A stretch of 64,000 nt of DNA from Squalus acanthias (Eukaryota): assembly GCA_030390025.1 (NCBI GenBank), contig JASTWF010000335.1, forward strand, positions 62,001 through 126,000. The letters are read 5' to 3'. Position numbers and translations under genes: made by a program. The notes under the pieces are model-generated. The model did no database searches. It saw only the letters and a list, made by a program, of their open reading frames with translations, and was not told where the DNA came from. This document shows, piece after piece, positions 1 to 13,140 of the stretch; within the stretch, counting starts at the first letter, position 1, and each line of letters begins with the position of its first letter.

Positions 1-24
1 AGAATTGGAGGAGCACGGATATAT

Positions 25-1680
25 CGGAGGGTTGTAGGGCTGGAGGAGGTTACAGAGATAGGGAGGGTTGTAGGGCTGGAGGAGGTTACAGAGATAGGGA
101 GGGTTGTAGGGCTGGAGGAGGTTACAGAGATAGGGAGGGTTGTTGGGCTGGAGGAGTTTACAGAGATAAGGTGGGTTGTAGGGGCTGGAGGGGGTTACAG
201 AGATAGGGAGAGTTGTAGGGGATGAAGGAGGTTACAGAGATAGGGAGGGTTGTGGGTGCTTGAGGAGGTTACAGAGATAGGGAGGGTTGCAGGGCTGGAG
301 GAGGTTACAGAGATAGGGAGGGTTGTAGGGGCTGGAGGAGGTTACAGAGATAGGGAGGGTTGTAGGGCTGGAGGAGGTTACAGAGATAGGGAGGGTTGTA
401 GGGCTGGAGGAGGTTACAGAGATAGGGAGGGTTGCAGGGCTGGAGGAGGTTACAGAGATAGGGAGGGTTGTAGGTGCTGGAGGAGGTTACAGAGATAGGG
501 AGGGTTGTAGGGGCTGGAGGAGGTTACAGAGATAGGGAGGGTTGTAGGGCTGGAGGAGGTTACAGAGATAGGGAGGGTTGTAGGGGCTGGAGGAGGTTAC
601 AGAGATAGGGAGGGTTGTAGGGCTGGAGAAGGTTACAGAGATAGGGAGGGTTGTAGGGCTGGAGGAGGTTACAGAGATAGGGAGGGTTGTAGGGCTGGAG
701 GAGGTTACAGAGATAGGGAGGGTTGTTGGGCTGGAGGAGGTTACAGAGATAGGGAGGGTTGTAGGGCTGGAGGAGGTTACAGAGATAGGAAGCGTTGTAG
801 GGCTGGAGGAGGTTACAGAGGTAGGGAGGATTGTAGGGGCTGGAGGAGGTTACAGAGATAGGGAGGGTTGTAGGGGCTGGAGGAGGTTACAGAGATAGGG
901 AGGGTTGTGGGGGCTGGAGGAGGTTACAGAGATAGGGAGGGTTGTAGGGCTGGAGGAGGTTACAGAGATAGGGAGGGTTGTAGGGGCTGGAGGAGGTTAC
1001 AGAGATAGGGAGGGTTGTAGGGACTGGAGGAGGTTACAGAGATAGGGAGGGTTGTCGGGCTGGAGGAGGTTACAGAGATAGGGAGGGTTGTAGGGGCTGG
1101 AGGTGGTTACAGAGATAGGGAGGGTTGTAGGGGCTGGAGGAGGTTACAGAGATAGGGAGGATTGTAGGGCTGGAGGAGGTTACAGAGATAGGGAGGGTTG
1201 TAGGGGCTGGAGGAGGTTACAGAGATAGGGAGGGTTGTAGGGGCTGGAGGAGGTTACAGAGATAGGGAGGGTTGTAGGGACTGGAGGAGGTTACAGAGAT
1301 AGGGAGGGTTGTTGGGGCTGGAGGAGGTTACAGAGATAGGGAGGGTTGTAGGGGTTGGAGGAGGTTACAGAGATAGGGAGGGTTGTAGGGGCTGGAGGAG
1401 GTTACAGAGATAGGTAGGGTTGTAGGGGCTGGAGGAGGTTACAGAGATAGGGAGGGTTGTAGGGGCTGGAGGAGGTTACAGAGATAGGGAGGGTTGTAGG
1501 GGCTGGAGGAGGTTACAGAGATAGGGAGGGTTGTAGGGGCTGGAGGAGGTTACAGAGATAGGGAGGGTTGTAGGGGCTGGAGGAGGTTACAGAGATAGGG
1601 AGGGTTGTAGGGGCTGGAGGAGGTTACAGAGATAGGGAGGGTTGTAGGGGCTGGAGGAGGTTACAGAGATAGGGAGGGAG
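25..1680. repeat. 36-37 bp minisatellite (GGAGGAGGTTACAGAGATAGGGAGGGTTGTAGGGCT)n, expanded from an L2 LINE ORF2 segment
   Basis: Direct tandem units are visible. The reverse strand of the unit reads YLCNLLQPYNPP and is continuous with the L2 fragment at 1680-1860. Confidence 0.95.
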
Positions 1681-1860
1681 GGGGGGGCGCGAGATGATGG
1701 AGGGATTTGAAAACAAGGATGAGAATTTTAAAATCGAGGAGCTGCTTAACCGGGAGCCAATGTAGGCCAGCGGGCAAAGGGAGGGTGATGGGTGAGCGGG
1801 ACTTGGTGCGAGTTAGGATACGGGGCAGCAGAGTTTGGGATGAGCTCAAGTTTACGGAGT
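1661..1860 (-). mobile_element. L2-clade LINE ORF2 C-terminal fragment
   Basis: Translation SPITLPLPAGLHWLPVKQLLDFKILILVFKSLHHLAP matches the typical L2 C-terminal motif LHWLPV..RIDFKIL. Confidence 0.8.
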
Positions 1861-2449
1861 GTGGAACGTGGGAGAGTGTTGGAATCGTCAATGTCTGGGG
1901 GTAAGCCAGGAATATTAAGTGAGAAGGAAAGTTGGGAGCGTTCACCTTGAAGTCAGGCTTCGGGGAAATCGGATGGAAATTTCCACGGGTCTGAAGGGGA
2001 ATTGGCGGAAGTGACCCAGGCGCATTGCTCAGTCCAGCAAGGAGGGGGTCACACGATGAAGAGATACAAGTGAAAGCACTGGGATCTTCAGGAGCAGGAA
2101 AGGGACATCACTGACCCCTTTCTCACCCCAGGCACAATAAATGTTGTGGAAGTCACGTGTCAGGGAAGAGGCAGTTTTAGAAGTTCAGGAGACAGTGCGA
2201 CTGCTCCTGGAGAGGGCAGGGATTCTGGGATATGCTCAGAAGGTGTGTGGGTTGGGTTGGAGCGGGGTGGGGGGGCGGGTGTATGGGTGGGGGTCAAGGG
2301 TTGAGGTGTTGCAGTTGGCCACAGTACCACTGTGTTAGAGACGGTAGGAATCAGGCTTCAAGGAGGTTGCGGTTGTTTTTATATCAGCAGCGACATGTTG
2401 TGTATGTGTGTCTACTGTCGACCCACTCCCCTCCCAGCTTTCCCCAATC

Positions 2450-2850
2450 CCCCCATCCCCCCTCTCACTGTCCATCCCCCCATCCCCCCTCTCACTGTCC
2501 ATCCCCCCATCCCCCCCTCACTGTCCATCCCCCCATCCCCCCTCTCACTGTCCATCCCCCCATCCCCCCTCTCACTGTTCATCCCCCCTCTCACTGTCCA
2601 TCCCCCCATCCCCCCTCTCACTGTCCATCCCCCCATCCCCCCTCTCACTGTCCATCTCCCCATCCCCCCTCTCACTGTCCATCCCCCCATCCCCCCTCTC
2701 ACTGTCCATCCCCCCATCCCCCCTCTCACTGTCCATCCCCCCTCTCACTGTCCATCCCCCCATCCCCCCTCTCACTGTCCATCCCCCCATCCCCCCTCTC
2801 ACTGTCCATCTCCCCATCCCCCCTCTCACTGTCCATCTCCCCCATCCCCC
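2450..2850. repeat. About 27-28 bp C-rich minisatellite (CTCTCACTGTCCATCCCCCCATCCCCC)n
   Basis: Direct tandem units are visible. The opposite strand is rich in G-runs. Confidence 0.95.
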
Positions 2851-2910
2851 CTCCTCATTTTTTTGGACTTACCCTGGTTTGACATTTGACCTTTGCTTGC
2901 TCTGTTTTAG

Positions 2911-3024
2911 ATCCGAGCGTGTTTGACCCTGAATATCATCAGTGCAATAGCGTCTTCCATTGGCACGTTCGCATTCCTGATCCTGTCCCATGAAATGGTG
3001 GTCTGCATGTCCCAGGAGTGTGAA
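2911..3024 (+). CDS. MS4A/CD20-like gene A, internal exon (TM3 region): IRACLTLNIISAIASSIGTFAFLILSHEMVVCMSQECE
   Basis: Acceptor tgttttAG at 2909-2910 and donor GTatgc at 3025. Exon is 114 bp, phase 0-0. The L.LNIISAI motif is typical of MS4A TM3. Confidence 0.75.
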
Positions 3025-3064
3025 GTATGCAACTGTTTACATACATATTATCAATTCTTCACGG

Positions 3065-5232
3065 AACTGGGAGGACTGGAGGTAGATAAACAATGGCAAG
3101 CATTTAAAGATAGAATGACAAAATTGCAAAAATTGTTTATACCAATCTGGCATAAAAGGAAATCTAAAAAGGTGACTCAACCGTGGATAACAGGGGAAAT
3201 TAGAGACAGCATAAAATCCAAAGATAGGGCGTATAAAATAGCCAAAAAAAGCACCAGAGCGGAAGATTGGGAACAGTTTAAGATAGAGCAAAGGAGGACA
3301 AAGGGCTTAATCAAGAGGGGCAAAATAGCTTACGAAAGCAAGCTGGCGGAAAATATAAAAACTAACTCCAAAAGCTTTTATAAGTATATCAAGAGGAAAA
3401 GACTGGTGAAAACCAAAGTTGGCCCATTGCAGTCAGATACAGGGGAATATATAACGGGAAATAAGGAAATGGCAGACCAACTAAATGCATACTTTGGGTC
3501 AGTCTTTACGAAGGAAGACACAAAAAACCTCCCTGGGATATCGGGAAAAATAGGGACATTTGCAAAGGAGGAACTGACGCAAATCAATATCTCTAAGGAT
3601 ATGGTGTTAAGGAAGCTAAAGGGATTGAAGGCGGACAAATCCCCAGGGCCTGATAACATGCATCCTAGGGTACTGAAGGAGGTGGCCCTAGAGATAGCGG
3701 ATGCACTAAGTATGATTTTTCAGAATTCATTAGACTCGGGAACAGTGCCCATGGATTGGAGGGTAGCTAACGTTACCCCACTATTCAAAAAGGGGGGTAG
3801 GGAAAAAGCAGGTAATTACAGACCTGTAAGTCTTACATCAGTTGTGGGCAAAATGCTGGAGTCCATCATTAAGGATGAAATAGCGGAGCACTTAGCAAAT
3901 GGGGACAGGATAGGACAGAGTCAACATGGATTTACAAAGGGTAAATCGTGCTTGACTAATCTATTGGAATTTTTTGAGGGAGTAACTGGTAAAATAGATG
4001 GGGGAGAGCCAGTAGATGTGGTGTACCTGGACTTCCAAAAGGCCTTCGATAAGGTCCCACATAAAAGATTAGCAGGGAAAATTGAAGCTCATGGGATAAA
4101 GGGGAAAGTATTGACGTGGATAGAGAACTAGCTGTCAGATAGAAAACAGAGAGTTGGAATAAACGGCTCATTTTCTGAATGGCAGGCAGTAACAAGTGGG
4201 GTACCGCAGGGATCTGTCCTGGGTCCCCAGCTGTTCACAATTTACATTAATGACCTGGATCAGGGAGTCGGATGCAGCATTTCCAAATTTGCAGACGACA
4301 CTAAACTAGGAGGGGGGGTGGGCTCAGAGGAGGAGACCAGGAAGCTCCAGAGCGATTTGGACAGACTGGGTGATTGGGCGGATAAATGGCAGATGCACTA
4401 TAATGTGGACAAGTGCGAAGTTATCCACCTTGGGTGCAGGAACGGGAGGGCAAATTATTATTTAAATGGCAATAAATTGGGAGAGGGGGAAGTACAGAGA
4501 GACCTGGGTGTTCTTGTACACCAGTCACTGAAGGCGAGCATGCAGGTGCAACAGGCGGTCAAGAAGGCAAACGGTATGCTGGCCTTCATAGCAAAAGGGT
4601 TGGAATACAGGAACAGGGATACCTTGCTGCAGCTGTACAGGGCACTGGTGAGACCACACCTCGAGTACTGTGTACAGTTTTGGTCGCCTCATCTGAGGAA
4701 AGATGTTCTTGCCATGGAGGGGGTGCAGCGGCGATTCACCAGGCTGATACCAGGAATGGCGGGATTGACCTATGAGGAGAGACTATGTAGTTTAGGGATG
4801 TACACACTGGAGTTTAGAAGATTGAGAGGGGACCTCATAGAAGTGTATAAAATTCTGACAGGTCTAGACAGACTAGATGCAGAAGGAATGTTTCCCTTGG
4901 CGGGTGAGAACAGAACTAGAGGACATAATTTAAGGATAAGGGCTAAACCATTTAGGACAGAAATGAGGGGGAATTTCTTCACTCAGAGGGTGGTGAACCT
5001 GTGGAACTCATTGCCACAGAGGGCAGTGTACGCCAGCTCATTAAATATATTTAAGAGGGAATTAGATATATTTCTACAGGCAAAAGGGGTTAAGGGTTAC
5101 GGAGAGAAGGCGGGGACGGGATACTGAATTGGAGGATCAGCCATGATCTCATTAAATGGCGGAGCAGGCTCGAAGGGCCGGATGGCCTACTCCTGCTCCT
5201 ATCTTCTATGTATCTATGTATCTATGTATCTA
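3065..5232 (+). mobile_element. CR1 LINE, 5'-truncated, ORF2 RT with one premature stop (4129-4131), intronic
   Basis: Motifs KSPGPD, YRPVSLTS, YLDFQKAFDKV, SGVPQGS, FADDTKL; CR1 3' UTR and (tctatgta)n tail. Confidence 0.95.
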
Positions 5233-5244
5233 CTACTATTTGTA

Positions 5245-8200
5245 CGACTGGGAGAGTAACAGGGAGACAGCGACTGGGAGGGCGCAACCGGGAGAGTGAT
5301 CGGGGGAGAGTGATCGGGGGAGAGTGATCGGGAGAGTGATCGGGGGAGAGTGATCGGGGGAGAGTGATTGGGAGAGAGTGATTGGGAGAGAGTGACCGGG
5401 AGAATGATCGGGAGAGAGCGACTGGGAGAGTGATCAGGGGAGAGTGATCGGGAGAGAGCGACCGGGAGAGTGATCGGGAGAGAGCGACCGGGAGAGAGCG
5501 ACTGGGAGAGAGCGACCGGGAGAGTGATCGGGAGAGAGCGACCGGGAGAGTGATCGGGGGAGAGTGATCGGGGGAGAGTGATCGGGGGAGAGTGATCGGG
5601 GGAGAGTGATCGGGGGAGAGCGATCGGGAGAGAGTGATAGAAACATAGAAACATAGAAAATAGGTACAGGAGTAGACTACTCGGTCCTTCGAGCCTGCAC
5701 CGCCATTCAATGCGTTCATGGCTGAACATGCTACCTCAGTACCCCATTCCTGATTTCTCGCCATACCCCTTGATCCCCCTAGTTGTGAGTGTTATATCTA
5801 ACTCCCTTTTGAATATATTTAGCGAACTGGCCTCAACAACCTTCTGTGGAAGAGAATTCCATAGATTCACCACTCTCTGGGTGAAGAAGTTCCTCCTCCG
5901 CTCAGTCTTAAATAGCTTCCCCTTAATCCTTAGACTGTGACCCCTGGTTCTAGTTTTCCCTAACATTGGGAACATTCTGCCCGCATCTAATTTGTCTAAA
6001 CCAGTCAGGATTTTAAATGTCTCTATAAGATCCCCCCTCATTCTTCTGAACTCCAGAGGATACAAGTTCGGTTGACCCAATCTTTCTTGATATGTCAGTC
6101 CGGCCATCCCAGGAATCAATCTAGTGAACCTTCGCTGCACTCCCTCAATAGCAAGAATGTCCTTCCTTAAGTTAGGAGACCAAAACTGCGCACAATACTC
6201 CAGGTGTGGCCTCACCAAGGCCCTGTACAACTGCAGCATCACCTCCCTACTCCTGTACTCAAATCCCCTTACTATGAAGGCCATCATTCCGTTTGCTTTC
6301 TTGACTGCCTGCTGCACTTGCATTCCCACCTTCAGTGACTGATGTACCATGACGCCCAGGTCTCGTTGCACCTCCCCTTTCCCTAATCTGCCACCATTCA
6401 GGTAATAGTCCGCCTCTCTATTTGTACCACCAAAGTGGATAACCTCACATTTATCCACATTGTACTTCATCTGCCATACATTTGCCCATTCACCCAACCT
6501 GTCCAAGTCACTCTGTAGCCTCCTAGCATCCTCCTCATTGTTCACACTGCCTCCCAATTTAGTGTCATCCGCAAATTTGGAGATATTACATTTAATCCCT
6601 TCGTCCAAATCATTAATATATAATGTAAACAGCTGGGGTCCCAGCACCGAACCCTGCGGTACCCCGCTGGTCACTGCCTGCCATTCTGAAAAGTACCCAT
6701 TTACTCCTACTCTTTGTTTCCTGTGTGCCAACCAGTTCTCAATCCACGTCAACACATTACCCCCAATCCCATGTGCTTTAACTTTGCTCACCAATCTCTT
6801 GTGTGGGACCTTGTCGAAGGCCTTCTGAAGGTCCAAAAAGACCACATCTACTGGTTCCCCCCCATCCACCCTATTGGAAACATCCTCAAAAAATTCCAGA
6901 AGATTTGTCAAGCATGATTTCCCTTTCACAAATCCATGCTGACTTGGACCTATCATGTCGCCACTTTCCAAATGGTCTGTTATGACATCTTTAATAATTG
7001 CTTCCATCATTTTACCCACGACCGATGTCAGGCTGACCAGTCTATAATTCCCTGCTTTCTCCCTCCCTCCTTTTTTAAAAAGAGGGGTTACATTGGCCAC
7101 CCTCCACTCCATCGGAACTGATCCCGAGTCTAAGGAATGTTGGAAAATGATCGTCAATGCATCCACTATTTCCAAGGCCACCTCCTTAAGTACTCTGGGA
7201 TGCAGACCATCAGGCCCCGGGGATTTTTCAGCCTTCAGTCCCATCAATTTCCCCAATACTTTTCCCGACTAATAAGGATTTCCCTCAGCTCCTCCCTCTT
7301 ACCAGATCCTCTGACCCCTTTTATTTCCGGCAGGTTGTGTGTGTCCTCCACAGTAAACACCGAACCAAAGTACTTGTTCAATTGATCAGCCATTTCCTTG
7401 TTCCCCATTACGACTTCCCCTGTTTCCGACTGCAGGGGACCTACGTTTGTTTTTACTAACCTCTTTCTTTTTACATATTTATAGAAGCTTTTGCAGTCCA
7501 TTTTAATGTTCTCTGCAAGCTTCCTTTCATATTTTATTTTCTCTGCCCTAATCAAACCCTTCGTCCTCCTCTGCTGAGTTTTGAAGTTCTCCCAGTCCCC
7601 GGGTTTGCTGCTACTTCTGGCCAATTTGTATGCAACTTCCTTGGTTTTAATACTATCCCTGATTTCCCTTGTTATCCATGGTTGAGCCACCTTCCCTTTT
7701 TTATTTTTACGCCAGACCGGGATGTACAATTGTTGTAGTTCATCCATGCGATCTCTAAATGTCTGCCATTGCCCTTCCACTGATAGCCCCTTAAATATCG
7801 GGGGAGAGTGATCGGGAGAGAGCGACTGGGAGAGTGATCAGGAGAGAGCGACTGGGAGAGAGCGACCGGGAGAGTGATCGGGGGAGAGCGACTGGGAGAG
7901 AGCGACCGGGAGAGTGATCGGGGGAGAGTGATCGGGAGAGTGATCGGGAGAGTGATCGGGAGAGTGATCGGGAGAGTGATCGGGAGAGTGATCGGGAGAG
8001 TGATCGGGAGAGAGCGACTGGGAGAGTGATCGGGAGAGTGATCGGGAGAGAGTGATCGGGAGAGTGATCGGGAGAGAGTGATCGGGAGAGTGATCGGGGG
8101 AGAGTGATCGGGAGAGAGTGATCGGGAGAGAGCGACTGGGAGAGTGATCGGGAGAGAGCGACTGGGAGAGAGCGACCGGGAGAGTGATCGGGAGAGAGCG

Positions 8201-9290
8201 ACCGGGAGAGAGCGACCGGGAGAGTGATCGGGAGAGTGATCGGGAGAGTGATCGGGAGAGAGTGATCGGGAGAGAGCGACTGGGAGAGTGATCGGGAGAG
8301 AGCGACCGGGAGAGTGATCGGGAGAGTGATCGGGAGAGAGTGATCGGGAGAGTGATCGGGAGAGTGATCGGGAGAGTGATCGGGAGAGAGCGACCGGGAG
8401 AGAGCGACCGGGAGAGTGATCAGGAGAGAGTGATCGGGAGAGTGATCGGGAGAGAGTGATCGGGGAGAGTGATCCGGGAGAGTGATCGGGAGAGTGATCG
8501 GGAGAGAGTGATCGGGAGAGTGATCAGGAGAGAGTGATCGGGAGGAGTGATCGGGAGAGTGATCGGGGGAGAGTGATCGGGGAGAGTGATCGGGAGAGAG
8601 CGACTGGGAGAGCGACTGGGAGAGTGATCGGGAGAGTGATCGGGAGAGTGATCGGGAGAGTGCGACTGGGAGAGTGATCGGGAGAGTGATCGGGAGAGTG
8701 ATCGGGAGAGAGAGATCGGGAGAGTGATCGGGAGAGAGTGATCGGGAGAGAGTGATCGGGAGAGTGATCGGGAGAGTGATCGGGAGAGTGATCGGGAGAG
8801 TGATCGGGAGAGAGCGACTGGGAGAGAGTGATCGGGAGAGAGCGACTGGGAGAGTGATCGGGAGAGAGCGACTGGGAGAGTGACTGGGAGAGAGCGACTG
8901 GGAGAGAGTGACTGGGAGAGTGATCAGGAGAGTGATCGGGAGAGAGCGACTGGGAGAGTGATCGGGAGAGAGCGACTGGGAGAGTGATCGGGAGAGAGTG
9001 ATCGGGAGAGTGATCGGGGAGAGTGATCGGGAGAGTGATCGGGAGCATGATCGGGAGAGTGATTGGGAGAGTGATCGGGAGAGAGCGACTGGGAGAGTGA
9101 TCGGGAGAGAGCGACTGGGAGAGTGATCGGGAGAGAGTGATCGGGAGAGTGATCGGGAGAGAGTGACCGGGAGAGTGATCGGGAGAGAGCGACTGGGAGA
9201 GCGATCGGGAGAGTGATCGGGAGAGAGCGACTGGGAGAGTGATCGGGAGAGAGCGACTGGGAGAGTGACCGGGAGAGAGCGAGAGAGGGG
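5245..9290. repeat. 12-14 bp minisatellite (GGGAGAGTGATC / GGGAGAGAGCGACT)n, interrupted by a CR1 at 5637-7800
   Basis: Tandem units on both sides of the CR1. Confidence 0.95.
5637..7800 (-). mobile_element. CR1 LINE, 5'-truncated, ORF2 RT (frameshift near 7250)
   Basis: ORFs 7244-7780 and 5736-7256 with complete RT motifs; (tttctatg)n tail at 5637-5660. Confidence 0.95.
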
Positions 9291-9840
9291 AGATGAGGAG
9301 AAATTTCTTCACACAGAGGGTTGTTAAGATCTCGATTGCACTACCTGAGAAGGTGGAAGCAAAAGATGTCCGAGAGGCAATTGGACATGTATGATAGAAG
9401 CATAGAATGATACAGCACAGAAGGAGGCCATTTGGCCCATCGTGCCTGTGCTGGCTCTTTGAAAGAACTACCCAATTAGTCCCATTCCCCCCTGATCTTT
9501 CCCCATAGCCCTGCAAATTTCCCCTTCAAGAATTTACCCAATTCACTTTGGAAAGTTACTATTGAATCTGCTTCCGCAGTGCATTCCAGATCATCATAAC
9601 TCGCTGTGTGAAAAAAAATTTCCTCATGTCCCCTCTGGTTCTTCTGCTAATCACCTTCAATCTGTGTCCTCTGGTTACCGACCCTCCTGCCACTGGAAAC
9701 AGTTTCTCCTCATTTACTCTATCAAAACCCTTCATGATTTTGAACACGTCTATCAAATCTCCCGTTAACCTTCTCTGCTCTAAGGAGAACAATCCCAGCT
9801 TCTCCAGTCTCTCCACATAACTGAAGTCCCTCACCCCTGG
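9290..9840 (-). mobile_element. CR1 3' fragments
   Basis: Reads YVERLEKLGLFSLEQRRL..TRGHRLK..FFTQRV, followed by a CR1-type 3' UTR. Confidence 0.85.
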
Positions 9841-9989
9841 AGAAGATGAATTTGCAGGGTTATGGAGGTGGAAAAGCTGGGATCGGAGGGTGAATGTGGA
9901 ACTAACTTTCAAAGAGCCTTTTTGCGAGGGAGCGTGGTGTGGTTTCAGACCCAGTAAATTGGTGTTGCTTCGGTCTTCTTTCACGGCAG

Positions 9990-10109
9990 GATCTGGATTA
10001 TATCCTGGCCATATTCCAGCTGATCTTCATCCTGTTGTCCCTCACCATCTCCATCGTGCTCGCCACTTACGCCCGGAAATCCCTGCGGTCTATGACGCTG
10101 ATCAAGACG
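9990..10109 (+). CDS. MS4A-like gene A, TM4 exon: DLDYILAIFQLIFILLSLTISIVLATYARKSLRSMTLIKT
   Basis: Acceptor ttcacggcAG and donor GTaagc at 10110. Exon is 120 bp, phase 0-0, a hydrophobic helix, and is conserved in the inverted duplicate. Confidence 0.75.
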
Positions 10110-10534
10110 GTAAGCACTTGCCCCGCGGGAGGTGTTTGTTGGCGGCGGGGGGTCGGGGGGGGGAATTGTAAAACAAATTGAAAGGAGGGGGGCGGGGCAG
10201 CCGGCGAAAAAGAAAGAGCAAGAGAGAGAACGAGACACGGATCAAGAAATTGGAGATTGAACGTGAAAGAAAGAAGGATTTGTACTTGCATATTGCCTTT
10301 CATGACCTGAGCATGTCCCAAAGAGCTTTACAGCCAATGAAGGCTACGTTTATTTGCAGCACCAGTGAGTTGGACCAGATTTCTGATTGGTCCCCTTGGA
10401 GGACAAGACGCACTGAACGATTTGTCTGGAACGGGTAATTTGATCCTGCCTGCTGGAGAGTCATTGAAGGTCTCTGCAATGTGTAATTTGATCCATTCAT
10501 TGTCACAGGCAGGCTCCCCGAGCCAAGCTGTTCT

Positions 10535-11000
10535 AGTGCAACGCTCCCTCAGTACTGATCCTCCGACAGTGCAGAGCTCCCTCAGTACTGTCCCTCCAAC
10601 AGTGCAGAGCTCCCTCAGTACTGTCCCTCCGACAGTGCGGCGCTCCCTCAGTACTGCCCCTCCGACAGTGCGGCGCTCCCTCAGTACTGCCCCTCCGACA
10701 GTGCAGCGCTCCCTCAGTACTGACCCTCCGACAGTGCAGCGTTCCCTCAGTACTGCCCCTCCGACAGTGTGACGCTCCCTCAGTACTGCCCCTCCGACAG
10801 TGCAGCGCTCCCTCAGTACTGACCCTCCGACAGTGCAGCGTTCCCTCAGTACTGCCCCTCCGACAGTGTGACGCTCCCTCAGTACTGACCCTCCGACAGT
10901 GCAGCGCTCCCTCAGTACTGACCCTCCGACAGTGCAGCGCTCCCTCAGTACTGACCCTCCGACAGTGCAGCACTCCCTCAGTACTGCCCCTCCGACAGTG
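10535..11000. repeat. 33 bp minisatellite (GACAGTGCAGCGCTCCCTCAGTACTGCCCCTCC)n, SINE-derived
   Basis: Tandem units; the same unit recurs at 46705-47270, 47775-48370, 49050-50175 and 55635-56705. Confidence 0.95.
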
Positions 11001-11084
11001 ACGTGTAATGGGGTTATTTGAATGTCACAGGAGGCTGTTGATACTAATGGACCGTCTCTCTCTCTCTCTCTGATCTGTGTTCAG

Positions 11085-11147
11085 ACTGTGGTCATGAATC
11101 CACCATCAGCACATGACCCTAGGGATGACCTCTTGGGAGCCCAATGA
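11085..11147 (+). CDS. MS4A-like gene A, terminal coding exon: TVVMNPPSAHDPRDDLLGAQ*
   Basis: (tc)n polypyrimidine tract and ttcAG acceptor at 11083-11084. Phase 0 continues from the 10109 exon; stop TGA at 11145-11147. Confidence 0.65.
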   Translation, partial: TVVMNPPSAHDPRDDLLGAQ

Positions 11148-11339
11148 AGATCTCACCTCACCATTGACTGCCTTTGATTGGTCAACAACTCCAGTACCGT
11201 TGTACCAGGGTGGATTAAGGCGAACTGGATGGACCCGAGTCTTCTTTCTAGTCCAGCAATTCATGTTTGATCTCAGACGTTCCGTGGCATCAGGTCCAAA
11301 GCTACGAAGCCTGACTCTGAAAGGAGAGAAAGTGATTCA

Positions 11340-11642
11340 GAAAGAGAGAAACAAAGAGCTAGCATTTCTATAATGCCTTTCACAACCTCAGGACTTCCCA
11401 AAACACTCCACACCCAATCAAATACATTTGAAGTGTAGTCGCTGTTGTACTGGCGGAAACACGGCAGCCAAATTGCGCACAGCAAGCTCCCACATACAGC
11501 ACTGTAATAAATGACCAGATCATCTGTTTTAGTGATGTTGGTTGAAGGATAAATATTGACCTCAGGACACCAGGGAGAACTCCCCCCTGCTCTTTTTCCA
11601 ATCGTGCCTGTGGGATCTTTTACATCCACCCCAGAGAGCAGA
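11340..11642 (-). mobile_element. DeuSINE/SacSINE1-like SINE, 3' part
   Basis: Shares core GGCAGCCAAATTGCGCACAGCAAGCTCCCAC...GATGTTGGTTGA.GGATAAATATTG with copies at 26675-27000 and 48370-48715. Family name is from recall. Confidence 0.7.
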
Positions 11643-12059
11643 AACACGGACATGGAGCAGTTGGGCCGAATGGCCTGTTTCTGTGCTGTAAATACTGTGG
11701 AATACTTTGTAATCGCTTCATTCGCATAAGCACACATGTTAAATCTTCCATGAACCATCGCAATCGGGCAGCGTAATAGAACGGAATCGTTCCCTTATTT
11801 AGTCCTTGCATTTAACAATATTCCTCGGTGTATTTAAGATGGTCACCTGGGGCAGTTTTATTAATTCAGCTGAAAATGGGTATAATCACCAAATAAAATA
11901 ATGCTTGTTCAACCAACATTAAAGCAACTCGATTTACAATCAAAGTATCTGGTGCTTCACATTCCTCGATCTTTTGGGCCAGTTTGGCTGATTGAAGCCA
12001 GAATCAGTGGAAACTGGCGGAAAATCTCATACAAAAGCCAAATACTGCGGATAGGAGCA

Positions 12060-13140
12060 CAGCAACAGGAGGAGGCCATTCAGCCCCTCGAGCCTGTTAC
12101 ACAGGAACAGGAGGAGGCCATTCAGCCCCTCGAGCCTGTTACACAGCAACAGGAGGAGGCCATTCAGCCCCCTCGAGCCTGTTACACAGGAACAGGAGGA
12201 GGCCATTCAGCCTCCTCGAGCCTGTTACCATAGGAACAGGAGGAGGCCATTCAGCCTCCTCGAGCCTGTTACCATAGGAACAGGAGGAGGCCATTCAGCC
12301 TCCTCGAGCCTGTTACCATAGGAACAGGAGGAGGCCCATTCAGCCCCTCGAGCCTGTTACACAGGAACAGGAGGAGGCCATTCAGCCTCCTCGAGCCTGT
12401 TACCATAGGAACAGGAGGAGGCCATTCAGCCTCCTCGAGCCTGTTACCATAGGAACAGGAGGAGGCCATTCAGCCTCCTCGAGCCTGTTACCATAGGAAC
12501 AGGAGGAGGCCATTCAGCCTCCTCGAGCCTGTTACCATAGGAACAGGAGGAGGCCATTCAGCCTCCTCGAGCCTGTTACCATAGGAACAGGAGGAGGCCA
12601 TTCAGCCTCCTCGAGCCTGTTACCATAGGAACAGGAGGAGGCCATTCAGCCTCCTCGAGCCTGTTACCATAGGAACAGGAGGAGGCCCATTCAGCCCCTC
12701 GAGCCTGTTACACAGGAACAGGAGGAGGCCATTCAGCCCCCTCGAGCCTGTTACACAGGAACAGGAGGAGGCCATTCAGCCCCTCGAGCCTGTTACACAG
12801 GAACAGGAGGAGGCCCATTCAGCCCCTCGAGCCTGTTACACAGGAACAGGATGAGGCCATTCAGCCCCCTCGAGCCTGTTACACAGGAACAGGATGAGGC
12901 CATTCAGCCCCCTCGAGCCTGTTACACAGGAACAGGAGGAGGGCCATTCAGCCCCTCGAGCCTGTTACCATAGGAACAGGAGGAGGCCATTCAGCCCCTC
13001 GAGCCTGTTACACAGGAACAGGAGGAGGCCCATTCAGCCCCCTCGAGCCTGTAACCATAGGAACAGGAGGAGGCCCATTCAGCCCCTCAAGCCTGTTACA
13101 CAGGAACAGGAGGCCATTCAGCCCCTCGAGCCTGTTCCAC
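12060..13140. repeat. 42-44 bp minisatellite (AACAGGAGGAGGCCATTCAGCCCCTCGAGCCTGTTACACAGG)n, derived from a CR1 3' UTR
   Basis: The unit matches the reverse-strand CR1 tail motif GGCCATTC.GCCCCTCGAGCCTG, and the array runs into CCATTCAATGAGATCA CR1 sequence at 13140. Confidence 0.9.

Noticed and set aside
2132..2241. Possible extra exon of gene A after a ccccAG acceptor-like site
   Set aside because: The translation has no hydrophobic TM2-like segment or MS4A motif, so it cannot be supported.
2923..4131. 402-aa ORF as a membrane-anchored RT fusion protein
   Set aside because: It is read-through from an MS4A-like exon past its donor (3025) into an intronic CR1 that happens to be in frame.
11901..12233. 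110-aa ORF duplicated at 45786-46115
   Set aside because: Half is minisatellite translation, and conservation is explained by the recent segmental duplication.
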